Counted from the first letter of the stretch, positions 1 through 14,911 are shown. The stretch: 64,000 nt of DNA from Eledone cirrhosa (GCA_964016885.1 OZ024745.1:66650001-66714000), one strand, 5' to 3'. Notes: generated by a model from the sequence alone, not told the origin. Program-made: numbers and translations.

Positions 1-1328
1 CCAATATTGTGAATCTTATTCAGAAACTAAAGAATAGGAAACTTAAGCAACATTTCTTTCCTCTACACAATACAAGTTTATCGATGGATAGTTTCTCTCA
101 TTAGAATATCTTTCAAATTAACAGCTACTGAAAATAGGAACGTCAATATTTGTGTGGAAATATCAATCGTCTATTACAGTAAACCGTAGTAGAATACGCA
201 CTCTCAAATGAAGCACACATCAATGATTCTATATTTAAATACATTAGCTAAACTTTCTCACCTTTCATCAATGCTTTTACTCAACTCTAAAAGGATTCTC
301 TCAGCAAGCAAGATGAATAAATAACTGCGACCCTCAAACGATTAAACACATCCTAAAACCTCCAACTGTTAATTCCCAAATAGATAACAGCGTCATCAAA
401 ATGCATGCCATGCACGAGGAGCAACTTCTCATAAATGAACAAAAAGGTCATTAATGCATGCGAAATATTGGTTATTTCCCTTCTAGCAATATTTTCAAAA
501 TAATTTCTACATTTAAACATGTCAAATGTGGCTATTCATCCAAACACTTTATTTCTAAAACAATTAGAAGAATGAGGTTATTGCTTATAACTCATCAAAC
601 AGAATTTATTCCCTGTGGAGAAATAGGATATATGTGTTGTTTTTACTCATTTACTACCCTTGCTACAAATAAACAATGCTTGTAATATATCTCTTATCCA
701 AATTATTGAAATTGAAATTGAAGGAAAGGAAGAGCCTCTATATGCTGACAGAAATGAAATTCAACCAGCTAATAGCTTTAAAATACATTTCTGAGGTCTA
801 CTGATTAAAACTAATAATATTTTCATATCATGGACAAGGGTTGATATTACGTAATATTTAAGAGATTGTTACGAAAGGAATAGTGGGAAATCTCAATCCA
901 CATAGCGAACACATGTTCATGAAGCCAAATATATTTGCATAAAGATGTAAGAAAATAATAAACTGCTTTTATAGCAAATTCTATACTTATCAATTGCATA
1001 GACTTCCGTTTGGACTTACCAACACAGTAGCATTTATTCAATGAATTCTGGACAATATAATGTCAACATTTTTGCATCCGGATGATGATATATTTGTGTA
1101 TTGATTTCTATATAATAGGTCGGAATACAAGTTCATGAATGGTTATAAAACATCTAAAGATGTGTATTCATTTTATAGCTCACCACAAACAAACCATTAG
1201 TTATGTACAAAGCAAACGATAACAAATTCACACCAACCGTAGTGCCATTATCTTGCTAGAAAAAATATGAACTCCAAAGACGTATTTTTAATAATTTCTT
1301 TACAAATGAAGGTGACCCTAACACATAG

Positions 1329-1332
<4 letters not shown>

Positions 1333-1404
<72 letters not shown>

Positions 1405-1432
1405 GATCTATCTATCTATCTACCTCTCTCAC

Positions 1433-1478
<46 letters not shown>
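1333..1478. repeat. (CT)n, (TA)n and (GT)n compound microsatellite
   Basis: Seen directly; explains the low-complexity ORFs here. Confidence 0.95.
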
Positions 1479-1481
<3 letters not shown>

Positions 1482-1571
1482 AGCGTGTTTATATATACAG
1501 TTATATACTTATGTGCATATGTTAATACACACACACACGGTTCTGTATATATATATATATATTTATTTATT

Positions 1572-2077
1572 TATTTAGGTTTATTGGTTCACCACTGGAT
1601 AGAACTGCTCATTCCGTATGGTCAACCTCGATGTAATATTATGGAGAGCACTCAACGTAATGCAACTCACCCGTGTTCGTTTGCCTAGTTGGTGGTGCGA
1701 GTACGGAGTTAATTATTATAAAATAACAGGAGGCTGGACTGGTTAATTTCTTTAAATGTTTATTATACTATGATCATTTCAATGACCGGGTTCAGTATAA
1801 ATCCGGTGACATCATCAGGTATTCGAAATATAACAAAGGAATATAACAGATAAAATCCATGGGGCTGAAAATCAGAGACAAGAGGACGACCGACTATTTA
1901 GCAGCTTCTACCTCGGTCTGCCGCCCTCTTGTCTCTGATTTTCAGTTCCATGGATTTTATCTGTTATATTCCTTTGTTATATTTTGAATACCTGATGATA
2001 TCATCGGATTCATACTGAACCCGGTCATTGAAATGATGTTAAACCTTTCAAGTATTTACACCAGTCCAGCCTGCTGT

Positions 2078-2086
<9 letters not shown>
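1572..2086. mobile_element. Non-autonomous PLE-type element, family A, foldback copy
   Basis: Inverted arms about 1717-1885 and 1925-2086; homologous to 17648-18010 and 18760-18972; flanked by (TA)n; carries an HHR. Confidence 0.8.
1765..1822 (-). ncRNA. Type I hammerhead ribozyme (family A)
   Basis: Minus strand reads ATAC CTGATGA [TGTCACCGG...CCGGTCATT] GAAA TGATCA TA GTAT. Stem I ATAC/GTAT; palindromic stem III. The plus-arm copy (1988-2037) has lost stem III. Confidence 0.8.
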
Positions 2087-2156
<70 letters not shown>

Positions 2157-2314
2157 AGTAGAAGCTTAGTAAAATCGAAGCTTTGGCTGTGGCGAAGCAA
2201 AGGCGACCTACAATAAGGAATGAGTAGCAAAGCACTCAATAAGGGAAGGTAATGAATTTTCACTTTAAAATGTTACATATGCTACATAGATGTTTGACTC
2301 AAGGTGTGTGTGTG

Positions 2315-2354
<40 letters not shown>

Positions 2355-2671
2355 GGTATGAGTTCGGATCTAGCTTACGAAGCTGCCGCAGCTCAGCCAT
2401 CGGGGTCCTGGCTCTTTTCATATATACATATATATATATAGTAAGGTGTACTATTGGTTGTGTAAAACAGTCCAATACATTTATGATAGCAATATTAAGT
2501 TCTCCACGCTTTTGTATATCTCCAATTCCATTCCATATATATATATATATATATATACCAATTATCTTGTTTACAGGTAGTTTCAACAGTCAACAGTGTG
2601 GGGGGGGGGGTACTGGGATGTGTGTAGCTACGTTCTGGTGAGAAACGTCACTGTCTGGCATATTGTTCAGT

Positions 2672-3155
2672 GGTTAATTAATCCATTATTTTACAATCGT
2701 TTCAAAAGGTGAAATGAAACATGACATTATTGATATATTAACTAATTTTCTTCTTCTTTCCCGCAGGTTCATGAGAGGGTGGTGAGGTCAGAGTCCCCAA
2801 ACACTTTTTCCAATGGGTCTTGTCAGAAGCAACGCTCTCCAACTGATCCGGGTGGATCTCCAGTGCAGCACAACCATCTTGCTCAGGGTCCAGGAATTCT
2901 TTCCTGTGATATTCTAACGACATAGCCATAGTATCGGAGCTGTGATCTCTTAATTTTGGAGAAGTAGCGGCTTACCTGGAATGGAATGACTCTCTTATAG
3001 TATTTATTTAACTCTATAATATTAGCCGGGATGAACATGATTTTGTCGAGGGAAATACTATGGGGTTATATAATAACTAACAATTAATCAATATATCGAT
3101 AATATCATTGTCCATTTCACCCTTTGAAACGATCGTAAATCAATGGATTAATAAA
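2672..3155. mobile_element. Degenerate foldback PLE end with decayed HHR (3039-3141, +), enclosing an RTE-like fragment
   Basis: Inverted arms about 2672-2746 and 3082-3153. GATT TTGTCGA GGGAAAT...ATTTCACCC TTT GAAA CGATCG TA AATC, then AATAAA. Confidence 0.5.
2745..2930 (-). pseudogene. 3' end fragment of an RTE-like non-LTR retrotransposon
   Basis: LEIHPDQLESVASDKTHWKK resembles the RTE C-terminal WExxAxDRxxWR motif; ends in a (GAA)n tail. Confidence 0.45.
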
Positions 3156-3547
3156 GCATTGAATCGACACTTTTCACTATGAAAACTATGTACCTAATGC
3201 TGTAGATATTTGAATACACAAAACCATATTATAAGATACCACCTTTCCATTTACAGAGGCAGATTCTGCTTTGCTTCAAAGACATATACATATCCGCAGT
3301 ACATTGAGGTCTACCAGCGTTGTAACCCCTACCCTATTGTTTGTGAATCACTATAGTTACATCTCTCTCTTTCTTTCTCTCTCTCTCTCTCTTATATATA
3401 TATGTATGTAAGTATGTATTATATATGTACATATGTATTATATATGTATATATGTAAGTATGTATTATATATGTACATATGTACATATGTATATACATAC
3501 ATATGTATATATATATACATATGTATATATATACATATATATATATA

Positions 3548-3580
<33 letters not shown>

Positions 3581-3759
3581 ACATGATACCTACTGAGTTA
3601 GCTTTACGACGATACATGGTAGTAGGTATTATGAGCATAAGAGAAGCTGTGTTCCTACAGAAATATTAAGAATAATGACAATGGACACAGCGGTATCTGT
3701 TCAAACAACGAAATGCATAACCAGCTATCGATATTTACTGTAAAAAAACGACTGAATAG

Positions 3760-4053
<294 letters not shown>

Positions 4054-4881
4054 AAAACAATGCTTCAAATTCATTGATACACTTAAGAACAGAATCAAAA
4101 CGGACAATAAGCAATATATGAGAATTAGATCTTATACCAAGAAAGAAAAAGAAATCTAAGGCGATGATGAAAACTCAACCGTTCAATCGATCAATTGGAA
4201 AAAGTTACAAAAAAAAAAAATGAAAGAAAAATTGCTTAATATTGAGTTCTGTCGCTCGATGACGAAGTCTAAAAGTATTATTCATCAATAGAAATGAATG
4301 TGAATAAATAGAACAGGGGAAAAGATTATACATTTGACGCAAATAGATCATATTACATGGATCTGAACATACTACAAATCATTGTGTTGAAGAGGTGTTT
4401 TATTTCTATTGACTAACTTCCTCGTCTAATAATACATATCGGTAACTGTAATTGGAGATATGACGTTTGATTCGACGTTATACAATGTCTGCTGTAACTG
4501 TTGCATTTTACATTTAAACGAACCATACGACTGAATACCAAATTGTATTTATAATGAAATATTCATTCTTATGTATGTATGTATGTATGTATGTATGTAT
4601 GTATGTATGTATGTATGTATGTATGTATGTATGTGTGTTTTTATGTATGCATGAGTGTAGCTATGTATGTATGTATATCGTGTGTATGTACGCATGTACG
4701 TATGTATGAACTTTTGAATATATTATTTTTTTTTAATTTTCACGAATAGAGAGAGAATCGATTCCTAACATAGAAACAAGACTCTTTCATTGGAATGTAG
4801 ACAGTAAACTAGTTAAATATGTATGTATGTCTATGTATTTGTGTATGTATGTATATATTTATGTATGTATATATGTATGTT

Positions 4882-5403
4882 GTGTCAGGGCGCTCTCGAG
4901 TGCTACTGGTACCATGTAACCCAGTACAACCTCTCTTATGCTCGGGTCGTCGGCGACTAAACCAGCAACACCACCAAGCTAGCTTTGTGAAGTGGGTGAT
5001 ATTTGGACACCCTCCGGGATGAAATATACAAGACCCGTCAAAGGGCGGAGGAACCCAGAAGAGTCAATGGCCATCCAAATAGTACTTTTTTTTAAACCTG
5101 GGAGTGAAAGGTTGTTATCACAGTACCTTTCTAAGTGAGGGAAACGCTGAAAAAAAAACAACCTGCGGCTTTGGAAGTATCTGATGCTGTTGACCTGTTA
5201 TCCTTTTCAGGTAGTGCTTGCGATGCTCAGAGAGTGGGATTGTTCCAGTGCAAGGCCTTTCCCCACTTAAAAACCTTCAAAACACAGGCATTACTTGTTC
5301 AAGGTCAGTTAGAGGTTTGTGTGACTGGCCGTAGCCTAAAAGTGCACCAAACTCTATAACCTGACAAGCGATTGCAGTACTTTTCGCAGAGTTTGCTGCC
5401 ATC
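4882..5403 (+). mobile_element. Non-coding retroposon in (TATG)n context, probably RTE-related; longest of three copies
   Basis: 5' region repeated at 5425-5545 (+) and 6770-6960 (-); all three copies start at the same point next to (TATG)n. Confidence 0.6.
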
Positions 5404-5424
5404 ATATATCTATGTATGTATGTA

Positions 5425-5545
5425 GGTCAGGTCGCTTTTGCGCGTTAATGGTAACATGTAATCCAGTACAGCCTAGTGCATGGTCGGGTCATCGGTGACT
5501 AAACGGGCAACCCCACAAAGATTGTACAGCGAGGAGATGAATTGG
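5425..5545 (+). mobile_element. Partial copy of the 4882 family
   Basis: Shares GGTAACATGTAA.CCAGTACA...GACTAAAC. Confidence 0.6.
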
Positions 5546-6769
5546 ACGGAAAATCAAACATGTACGTATGTATGTTTTTATGTACGTATATGTGTTTATG
5601 TGTACATAACTTTTTAATATATTTTAATCTTTTGTTATCTTTTAACCTTTAACATTTTTGGTGGGAGGAATAGAAGCTCTGTAACCTTGTTTAGTGATAA
5701 ACCTGGGAGAAGGAGAACTACATGTCAAACCTGAGGTTCATGAAGTGTTCAGTCTTCTCGTGTTATTTGTCACACTGAATAGCAGCTTTATGCATCGAAA
5801 AATGGTGCTATACTAGCAACATCCAATTTAAAAATGATATTTCGTACGTCTACTTCTTATTTTCTTTCCTCGTTATTTAAGCTCATAACGAGGTGTTGGA
5901 GGAAACCTAAAAGTGCGTCCGTAATTGTAATTGAAAAGGCCCTCTGCACCTCTATTAAGTCCCTTTCTCACTTTTTTTATTCACAGGGATTTGGTGTAAT
6001 GAATTCTGGTCAAGTCCTAGGTATTTGTAGAATTCTCTGTATGGTTCAACTCGGATGAGAAAGGGTGTTACTACAAAGGTACTGGATTGGTTTTGGAAAA
6101 ATTGTTTCCTCTCAGTTATCATTTCATTTGGTCAAATTCCATCTGCTGAGAATATTAATCTCCGTCATTTCACAACATTTTAAATAATAATTACATTAAT
6201 CTTCAGGTTGTCCACAAAGGCTTACATTAGTATCTTCTGCTGTTGTACAACACAATTTATATGCACTGGATTATCATAAGAGAAATCACGGTAAAATATG
6301 TGCCAAAAGCAGACAGAAGAAAAGAGAGAATATCTTCCTATGATATTCGCTTTCAAATGTTCTTAAATATTACCTACATATATACATACATACATGATGG
6401 CTGCTCCCTCGTTATCGAGTATGGCCATTGCACGATATACCATTATTAATAATTATTAATTAATTATATCGTGCAATGCATGTGCGTGAAGATATTTTTT
6501 TAAACTGAGGAAACACTGTGCACTGAGCCAATCCCAGGTTTTATATCGGAGTTATCCCAGTTTCCTGAGTTGCCTTCTCCTAGAATGCCCTGACAAAGGC
6601 TAGGGGTGCTTCACTCCCAGTGGTTTAACCGCGCGATCGGGTGTCCAGCCCGACTATTTCTATGTTTCCTAGCATATACATACACATGCACCCATGTGTA
6701 TGTATATGCGATACACATATACATATACATACATATGTACATGTGTATATATACATATTTATACACTTT

Positions 6770-6960
6770 TGGTTGGCCGTTGACTCTTATGAGTCATCCC
6801 GCCCTTTGTCAGGTTTTGTTTTTTGTCCTGCAGGGTGTCCCAAATCACCCTCCTCACCAAGTAAACTTGGTGGGGTTGCCGGTTTAGTCGCCGACGACCC
6901 GACCATGCGACAGGTTGTACTGGGTTACATGTTACCAGTAGCACTCAAGAGTGACCCGAC
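6770..6960 (-). mobile_element. Partial copy of the 4882 family
   Basis: Reverse-complement match to 4882-5070; abuts a (CATA)n tract. Confidence 0.65.
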
Positions 6961-7369
6961 ATACATACATATATACATACGTACACATACATACATACAT
7001 ACATACATACATACATACATACATACATACATACATACATACATACATACATAAATACATACATACACATGTAACTACGCACGTTCGTAAATACGTATGT
7101 ATGTATGTATGTATGTTCATTCTTCTGATTTCTATTTCAAATCATTCTCCGATAGATAGATAGCCGGATACCAATATAAAAATAAGGATCATTCATTAAC
7201 ATTAGACATAATCAATTACGTAGAAATGCATGCATTTATGTACCTACACATATATATATATGTATAGTTATATGCATGCATGACATAGAATGTGTGAATC
7301 TGTATGTATACAGATTCACACATACTGATACATATTTGTATATTTCCATCATTGTTTACCACTACATCA

Positions 7370-7575
7370 AAGGGCGGTGGATTAGCAGTATCGGTAGAGA
7401 GTTGGACACCATGCTTTGCAACATAGTGTTACGGTCTAAGTTGAAATCCCGCCGAGGTTAACTTTGCCTTTCATCCTTACGGGGTACATAAAATAAAGTA
7501 CTAGTAACGTACTGGTGTCGATTTAATCAACTTTCCCCTCCCTCATAAATTACTGTCTTTGTGCCTATACTAGAA
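7370..7575 (+). mobile_element. tRNA-derived SINE, full length, with 22-bp target-site duplication (TSD)
   Basis: A-box/B-box-like head and CCTTTCATCC...ATAAAGTAC core (MetaSINE-like from memory). TSD ATCATTGTTTACCACTACATCA at 7348-7369 and 7576-7597. Confidence 0.85.
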
Positions 7576-8251
7576 ATCATTGTTTACCACTACATCACAT
7601 CTTCTTTTCCATTCATGCACTACATTCTTTTAAATGCGTCCGTCACATACTTTACTGACTCAGGCTCCTTTATATTTAACAGGCAGTCTCATCACTTCAG
7701 TAGATAATCAAGCACTAGAAATGGTACAAATCTTATCAATTATAATATATCATTTTTGCATTTTCATGAGATTTCAGAGTATTCATTCCATTTCATTTTA
7801 ATTGCGTATTCAATTGTTAGTTGAATTCTCATTCTTGGACTTTCTATAAATTAGTTAGCAGGAGACCTCCGTAGTAAAACGTATAACAAAGTAGACCATG
7901 TATATAATATCCTTATATCCACGCACTGACATGTGATGTTATTCGAAGAAATGTTTGTATCTTTGACACTCATTAAAACTTTAGAGAAAAATCGCAAAAC
8001 CACTTTCTGACAGATTTCGAAATGCGACTGTCAAAAGAAAAGCTATAACTACGGAAGGTATGAAAAAAAAAATGTTTTCAGAGTCTGCTTCGAAGAGATG
8101 AAAAAAATCATGGAGACCCTTTGGAAACACTACAATTTATGATTTGCAAACTATTTTGATATTCCGTAAAATTGATGTTAAATGCTATGAATTTGATCAA
8201 CAGACGTGGTTACAGAAAATGATGCCCATTATGTCAAAAAAATATTCTAAT

Positions 8252-8307
<56 letters not shown>

Positions 8308-8340
8308 CATATATATATATACATACATATATATATATAT

Positions 8341-9562
8341 AGCTTTATGTAGGATTACATTCGCCTCTACATATGGATCGGGAATGAATGACAATGCCTC
8401 TTACCCCTTACTTTATCATAATTAGAACATGTTTTTGATATATATTTATTAAAATAACAGATTAAAGTTTCAGCAAAGTATTGCTGTTTTCACCCTTAAC
8501 GGATCTTCTGAAACTAAAAAAATCAATCTGTGAACGCAGAAGTAAATATTTCGAAAAACGTTGCAACTGAAGGTAAACAGGAAGACGATACTTTGGTTCG
8601 TGGAGTCGTTCCCTGGCAATGAACGTTGGTATGTGGTCGTTTGCTGATTGAGATTAGTTGGATCGAGGTAGATTAGTATGGATGGTGATTTTAACTAACT
8701 TGCAGTGGGTGCATAGGTTGATGTTCTACATTATATAATAATTTATGGGCAGATGATCGTATTACTGTGTTGATGCCGTATTTCATTTTATATGTGGAAG
8801 TTCAAAAGATGTAGATTATGACATCGGATGTTGATTTAATATAAATATATTAATTTCGTTTACGTAAATACGTATATGGTGGTTTGTGTAAGATGTTATT
8901 TCATTGAGATTTATTATATTATAATTTATTAGACAATATTTATTCTTCAGTATTGCACATTTTGCTTTTAAACCATTCTCTTTTTATTCGGTTTATACTC
9001 GGTCAATCATTTTGTTTGTTGGGTTTGGCAGAGTTTTATGTGTCATGTAGTGTTAATTTCGTAACTATATTTTACTTTAATATTTAAAGTTTTGTGCTGT
9101 TTACATTACAATAAGTTTCTCATCTGAGTTTTACGTAATATTATTTTATTGTGTAATGGTGGGTTGCAAGGTTTGGGTTTCTTCAGTTATAATTCTAGTT
9201 GTTGTGAGCATGGTATATATTGCTGGTGGTTATGCAGTAGCTACTAATGCATCTCGTGACTGAGTGCAATGCCAGTCACGTAATGGGATAGTAGCTGCTG
9301 TAGAGTATATATAATAACCGCATAATTCGACGGTTGTATATTGATGGCGTGCGTCGCTAGTATATATTAGGTGCTGAGACGTATGGTGTATGTCTTTGAA
9401 GGACGTAATTGATTTTTGATTATGCATTTTGCAGTAAGTGTATGGGATGTGCGTTTCAGTGTAGGTTTATTAGTTTTTGGTTGTGATTGCTTACGTTCAT
9501 GGACAGCATCAGGTTTGTGTAGATATTTGTTCGCGTTCTAGTTAAGACAACTAAGAGCTAGT
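8341..9562 (-). mobile_element. Non-coding PLE-type element between (TA)n tracts, with variant HHR at 8466-8515 (-)
   Basis: Minus strand reads AGTTT CAGAAGA TCC GTTAA GGGT GAAA...AAACT. Related ends at 47975-48124 and 54552-54684. Body has strong GT/AC strand skew. Confidence 0.5.
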
Positions 9563-11652
9563 TATATATATATTATATACAAAACACTTGAGATTTGTTT
9601 CCACTCAGTCATTTTTCCTATCCAAGCCATCATTGTTATTCTACGTCATATATTCAGCATTAGATGCAATATGTATCAGACAACTTACTAAGATCAACAT
9701 AATTGCGCAAGAATGCCAGATTGTGGCAGTTAAACAAGGTTACAATCAAACATTTAAACATGCAACCATGAAATATCATATGACACCGTTTCACAAGAAC
9801 ATAACACATACACCAAAGTACTGAACTAGAAACGATCTAGCAAATCAAATAGAAACAGAATAAACTATTCAAACCTATTGAACTTGAAAAGACCTAGAAA
9901 TATGCTCCACACGCCGAAAACAAACGTTTTTTTATCCAAACATAAAAACTATAGTCGTTTTCATAAAACATGTAAATTTTAAAAACAGGAAATATGCGCA
10001 GCGAACCGATTAAAAACCCCACTTTTGAAACGAAACCAAATAAGTGTATAAAAACAAAAACAATATAAGCATTAGGAAATTCAAAATATAGGCAACACAT
10101 TGAATGCTGAAAACCTGAAAAGACGCTTCTAGGAAAATAAAATAAAGCAGCATTAGACACCGACAATAGATATAATCAAATGTAATCAATGGTAGATGTA
10201 TAAAAAGTGAAATACCAAATTGCAGTATTCCTCAAATAATCATAATGATGGTATGATATTCGTTTCATGCGAAAGGAATTCAGAAAAAATAGACCACGAA
10301 TTTGACACAATATATTGAGTACATTATATATAATCATATATTCCACTCAACTCTGTATACTTACTTTGTTAAACACTTATATTGATCCGTTTCAAGAAAT
10401 ATTCTCTCAGATGTAAATCCAAGGATTCTACTAGTCGTTGTAGCACTCGTATGTATTGATTATTCTCGAAGATCAAATGCTTCTTTATTTATGGCACCTT
10501 TATCTTTTCCAAGATCATCTTTATAATAAATTATTTATTTGATTTGATAAATTAAACCGATTTTTATCAGATTGTCAGCACTAAACTATGACAACTTTCA
10601 GATTTATGCAATCTGTGGAAAATCCTCTTGACTGACGAACACTCGATGGCCGAACTGAACAAATTAAATTTCTGCTCTTTGGTGAAATGAATATGAACAC
10701 AACAAATTTTCAGGGAAATATGCATCTGTTACACTCCACAAGTCTCACAACTCAAAATTGTTTTAGTTGAATTTGAATTGTGGTGAAATTAATATGTGTT
10801 GCGGGTCGGCCAAATTGTGATCTTTTTCGACCGACAGACGGTGAACGTATTCATCTATTATGCCTTTTGTCTTTTTGCGGTCTTTTCCCTGATCGAGAGG
10901 AGATTGAATAGAAACTAATTTTATAGAGGAGAACCATACAATAGTGTACATAGTGAATAACGACATTCTATATTTAGCAGACGTGGCTCGAAATATTCCT
11001 TTCAGATTATGAAAATGGGCACTATTTATGGCGTCATACATGATAATATAATCTAATAGCTGGTAATATTTTGTCTTACTTAGACAGAGTAATATCGAAT
11101 ATTAAATTTCAAATACATTTTTCTGAAAACGTTCTTCAATCAAGTAACGTAAAGTTAGTAAATTTCTTAATACTTTCCGTAATTGCATTACACTAATTCA
11201 AAATCTAGTGATTAAACTATCATCATTTAAGAGTAAACAATATTTTTCTATTCATGTTTAGTCTGAATTGTAAGAAATTAAATAAAGGAAAACAATTAGC
11301 GTATTTAAATAGCAGAACACACTTCTCTTAAACTAAGTGACGCCACACTCATACACACATGAACAAACACATACATAGATATAGATATATATCTATATAT
11401 CTATATCAATAGATATATATCTATATATCTATATATCTATACATATATATATGATATATATGTTTATACATACATACATAAATGTAAGTATGTATACGTA
11501 TACACATATATGTATACAGACGTACAGTAGTATGTATATATATATACATACTACTGTACGTCTGTATACATATATGTATGTACGTATACATATTTACATT
11601 TAAGTATCAGCCGTACTAAGAGTGAAAAATGAAATTTCGTTTCATTCTTGTC

Positions 11653-11730
<78 letters not shown>

Positions 11731-12108
11731 GACACACACATATATATATATAAGTACATATACATATATAAATATATACATATCTATATATATACATATA
11801 TATATATACATATCTCTCTATATATATACATTTATATATATATATATATGAATGAGTATTGCGAGGTTTTTGATATGAAATCGTGTGTCGAAACAAATAT
11901 TGTTATACTTGGGGAGGATCTTATTTGTGTAATAATATTGCCAGAATTAATAACAGAACACACTCACTGTTTGGTTGGTTTTCGCTTCTGTGTCTTTTAT
12001 ATCGGTTAATTTAATTTTTTAATTTTTTATTCGGTCCTCAATATTACCATTGACTGACCAACGGTCAAAAATACAGATACAAAATAGACACAAACATATA
12101 TATAGTCT

Positions 12109-12150
12109 AACAAAGTTCTTTCGTTGTACAACTGCAACATCGTCAGTGGT
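12109..12150 (-). ncRNA. Hammerhead ribozyme in PLE 3' end, slightly decayed
   Basis: ACCA CTGACGA TGTTG...CAAC GAAA GAAC TT TGTT; one mismatch each in stem I and in the stem III palindrome. Confidence 0.6.
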
Positions 12151-12439
12151 GCTATTATGTTTCCTCCCGTTGTGCTAATATGTTTCCTCCCGCCATCTTT
12201 ATTTAGTCTGTTTATTTATATATTTATTTATCATTATTTTTTTTTTTACTTTTTTTTTTTCACTCCTCTGCGCATGCGTTTGCGTGTGTGTATAGTGGTT
12301 AATGTGTGTTCGTGTTTGGGTGACTGTGTATTGGTTATTGTATTCTATCTTAGTTTACTAATGTGTGTTTATATGTGTTTGTTGTTATTGTGCTTGTGTA
12401 TGTATTTATTTATTTATACTTCTCTTAGGTCAGTATTGT

Positions 12440-14590
12440 TTGTTTGGGTGTTGTTGTTATTCCATTCATTTTTTCTGTTTAGCCATGGCCTTCTAAGTTC
12501 TATTTCGCTAGCCTCTCTGATTTGCCTATCTTCTGGGTCATTTCTATGTTTAGATATTATTCTAATTTCTATGTTGTTTATGTTACCGTCGTGTCGTTGT
12601 CTGGCATGTTCGTATAGTACTGAACCGTTTTTTCGTCCTTCTAGATCCCATCAGTATTGGTCTATCCTTCCAGCTATGCTACGAGCTGTCTCGCATATGT
12701 ATGTTGTTGTCATATTTCTGCAAGTACCCTCTGTACATCTTATGCTATAGACTACGTTTCTAGATTTACAGTTTATCCGGGGGTTTAATTTACATAGAAT
12801 ACATTTCCTATTAGTACAGTAGGTTTTCTTAAAAGGGTAGGTTTTGCTGATCAGGGATGTTATGGTGGTTCCTGGCTTTTGTACCACCTTAATCTTTAAG
12901 TAGGTTTTTCTCAGGGCCTTTCTACATTGGTTAGCTAATTTACCTCCAGGGGTAGCGTCCACAAACATGACATTCTGGTATCTTTGGTTGTCGTACCATG
13001 AGGTGGCTTTCCCTATCTTATGTCTAGTCCTATCTAAGCTATTCCATGATTTGCTCCTGTATAATGGGCAAATTCCTTTCATGTCCAGTTCTATGAGGGT
13101 CTTATACTTCTCCGTGGCTTCTTCGTATACTCTGATTCTGTCTCTTTGGTTGTAGCCAGAGAACTGCATGCGGCTGATGAAGTGTTGGATGTATCTTTCC
13201 ATTTCTGTTGGGTCGCACATGCGGGACACGTTCTTCATCACTCGTACCAAGTCTGCGATCAGAATATTAAACTTAGCACTACTGGACATTGCTGATTTTA
13301 TTTAGTATCAGGTATTTGGAGACCATGGGTTTAGCATAGTGTGAGTGGAGAATTTGGGCTCTCTCGTCTATAGTGTTAATCCAGAGTTCCGTGTCTAATA
13401 CAGGTAGTCTATTGTTAGGGTGTTTGGAGGGGTAGTCGATAGTTACAGTTATACTCTGGTGTATGGAATTAGCTATCTGCTGGATGCTTTCCATTGTGCT
13501 ACGTTATAAATCAAACTTGTTAGTACTCTCTAGTGGGGATGTCCTTATTACAATATCGATGTCGTCTACGTAACGAGAGTACATGATGAGGTCTATGGAG
13601 CTCTAATCAAGGAGATCTTTGAGTCTCCTTTCCCACCATACCATAAAAAGGTTGGCAACGTCACCAGCTATGCTGACGCCAATGGCTGCTCCCTCATGTT
13701 GGGTGTAGATCTTCTCGTTGAATTTGAATATGTGGCCCTTTAGGGTAGTTTTGATACTAGCCCCTATTGCATGCGCGACCATTTTTCTTACCTGATCATT
13801 GTTTTGGTGGGAGTCTTTTTTGCCATTGAGGTTATGGTGGGGTGTCTACCTCTTATGGGTCTACTGGTGCAGAAACGTCTAAGGTCATGGCTGTCTAGGT
13901 AGTCAGTGTCATAGGTAAGTCTAAGTAGGAGGCCCAGTTCGTCTGTTTCGACGTTGCAGAACTTCACCCCACTCTCAATGATCATCTCCACACATTTCTT
14001 TACAGCAAAATCAATGTTAATGGATGGGTACAATGAAACCACATCCATACTGCCTATTTTGCAGTTGAATGGGTTTTTGTTTTTGTTGCACTTACTGATT
14101 CTGCTGAGGAGGTCATCTGTACTGTCACATACATCTGGGGACATCTTGATTATGGGGCGTATAACCATTGAGAGGAAGTAGGAGATCCTGTAGTTGCTAG
14201 CTATATTTACTCCGCATACAGGTCTTGTTGGTGGTCCTGTTGTCGGGTCGTCGACTGCCTTGCGGAGCCCATACAAGGGTGGTATGCCATTGTTAGACGC
14301 CTGGAAGTTGTTAGCAGTGCGTCTGCTTGGCTTTAGGATGTCGGTCCACATCATCATGTGAGCGTTGAGGATTTTCTCTCTCCCATCATGTATTTGCTGT
14401 GCAATTTCGCTCGTGTTGGTGATGTGGGTTGCATAGCCTTGCTGTAGTTCGGCATGCTGTCTATTGATCCTACCAGACTTATCCGTGGGTAGACATACTA
14501 CCTCACCATCCGTTGTGCACTGCTTGAGGCTAACCAAGCCTTCTACAGGTTTCTTCCCAAGTTGTTGGACCTCTGGTCTGCTCTGTCTCT
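12440..14590 (-). pseudogene. PLE reverse transcriptase + GIY-YIG endonuclease, frameshifted
   Basis: PTDKSG, SMDVVSLYPSI, GAAIGVSIAGDVANLFM, YSRYVDDIDI (about 13555-13590), LPVLDTELW, HYAKPM, and C-terminal CxxC...NVVYSIRC...YICETARS. Confidence 0.9.
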
Positions 14591-14707
14591 TAACCAACCA
14601 AACGGTGAGTGTGTTCTGTTATTAATTCTGGCAATATTATTACACAAATATGACCCTCCCCAAGTATAACAATATATATATGTATATACACATATATTAC
14701 TATATAC

Positions 14708-14742
<35 letters not shown>

Positions 14743-14831
14743 GATATATAGATATATGTGTATATATATATATATATATACATACACACACACATATATA
14801 TATATATATATACTGTATATATATATATATA

Positions 14832-14911
14832 TCCCTGATGACGCAATGAATTCTCGACAGTTGGATTATGTAACTGTCTTTATCCCATTGCAGAAACTAA
14901 TTAGTTGGAGT
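14832..14911 (+). ncRNA. Type I hammerhead ribozyme (family B, 5' copy, stem I shortened)
   Basis: TCC CTGATGA CGCAATG...CATTGCA GAAA CTAATTAG TT GGA. Confidence 0.75.

Larger units (their letters stand above)
11850..14675 (-). mobile_element. Penelope-like retroelement, 5' truncated, with inverted termini
   Basis: RT and GIY-YIG remnants; about 84-bp inverted termini at 11897-11980 and 14592-14675; flanked by (TA)n; HHR at 12109-12150. Confidence 0.9.

Noticed and set aside
11857-11910. GAAACAAATATTGTTATAC as a plus-strand HHR half
   Set aside because: No CTGANGA core, and it is antisense to the element, whose HHR is at 12109-12150.
12124-12750. 208-aa hydrophobic plus-strand ORF
   Set aside because: Antisense to the A-rich PLE endonuclease end and 3' UTR.
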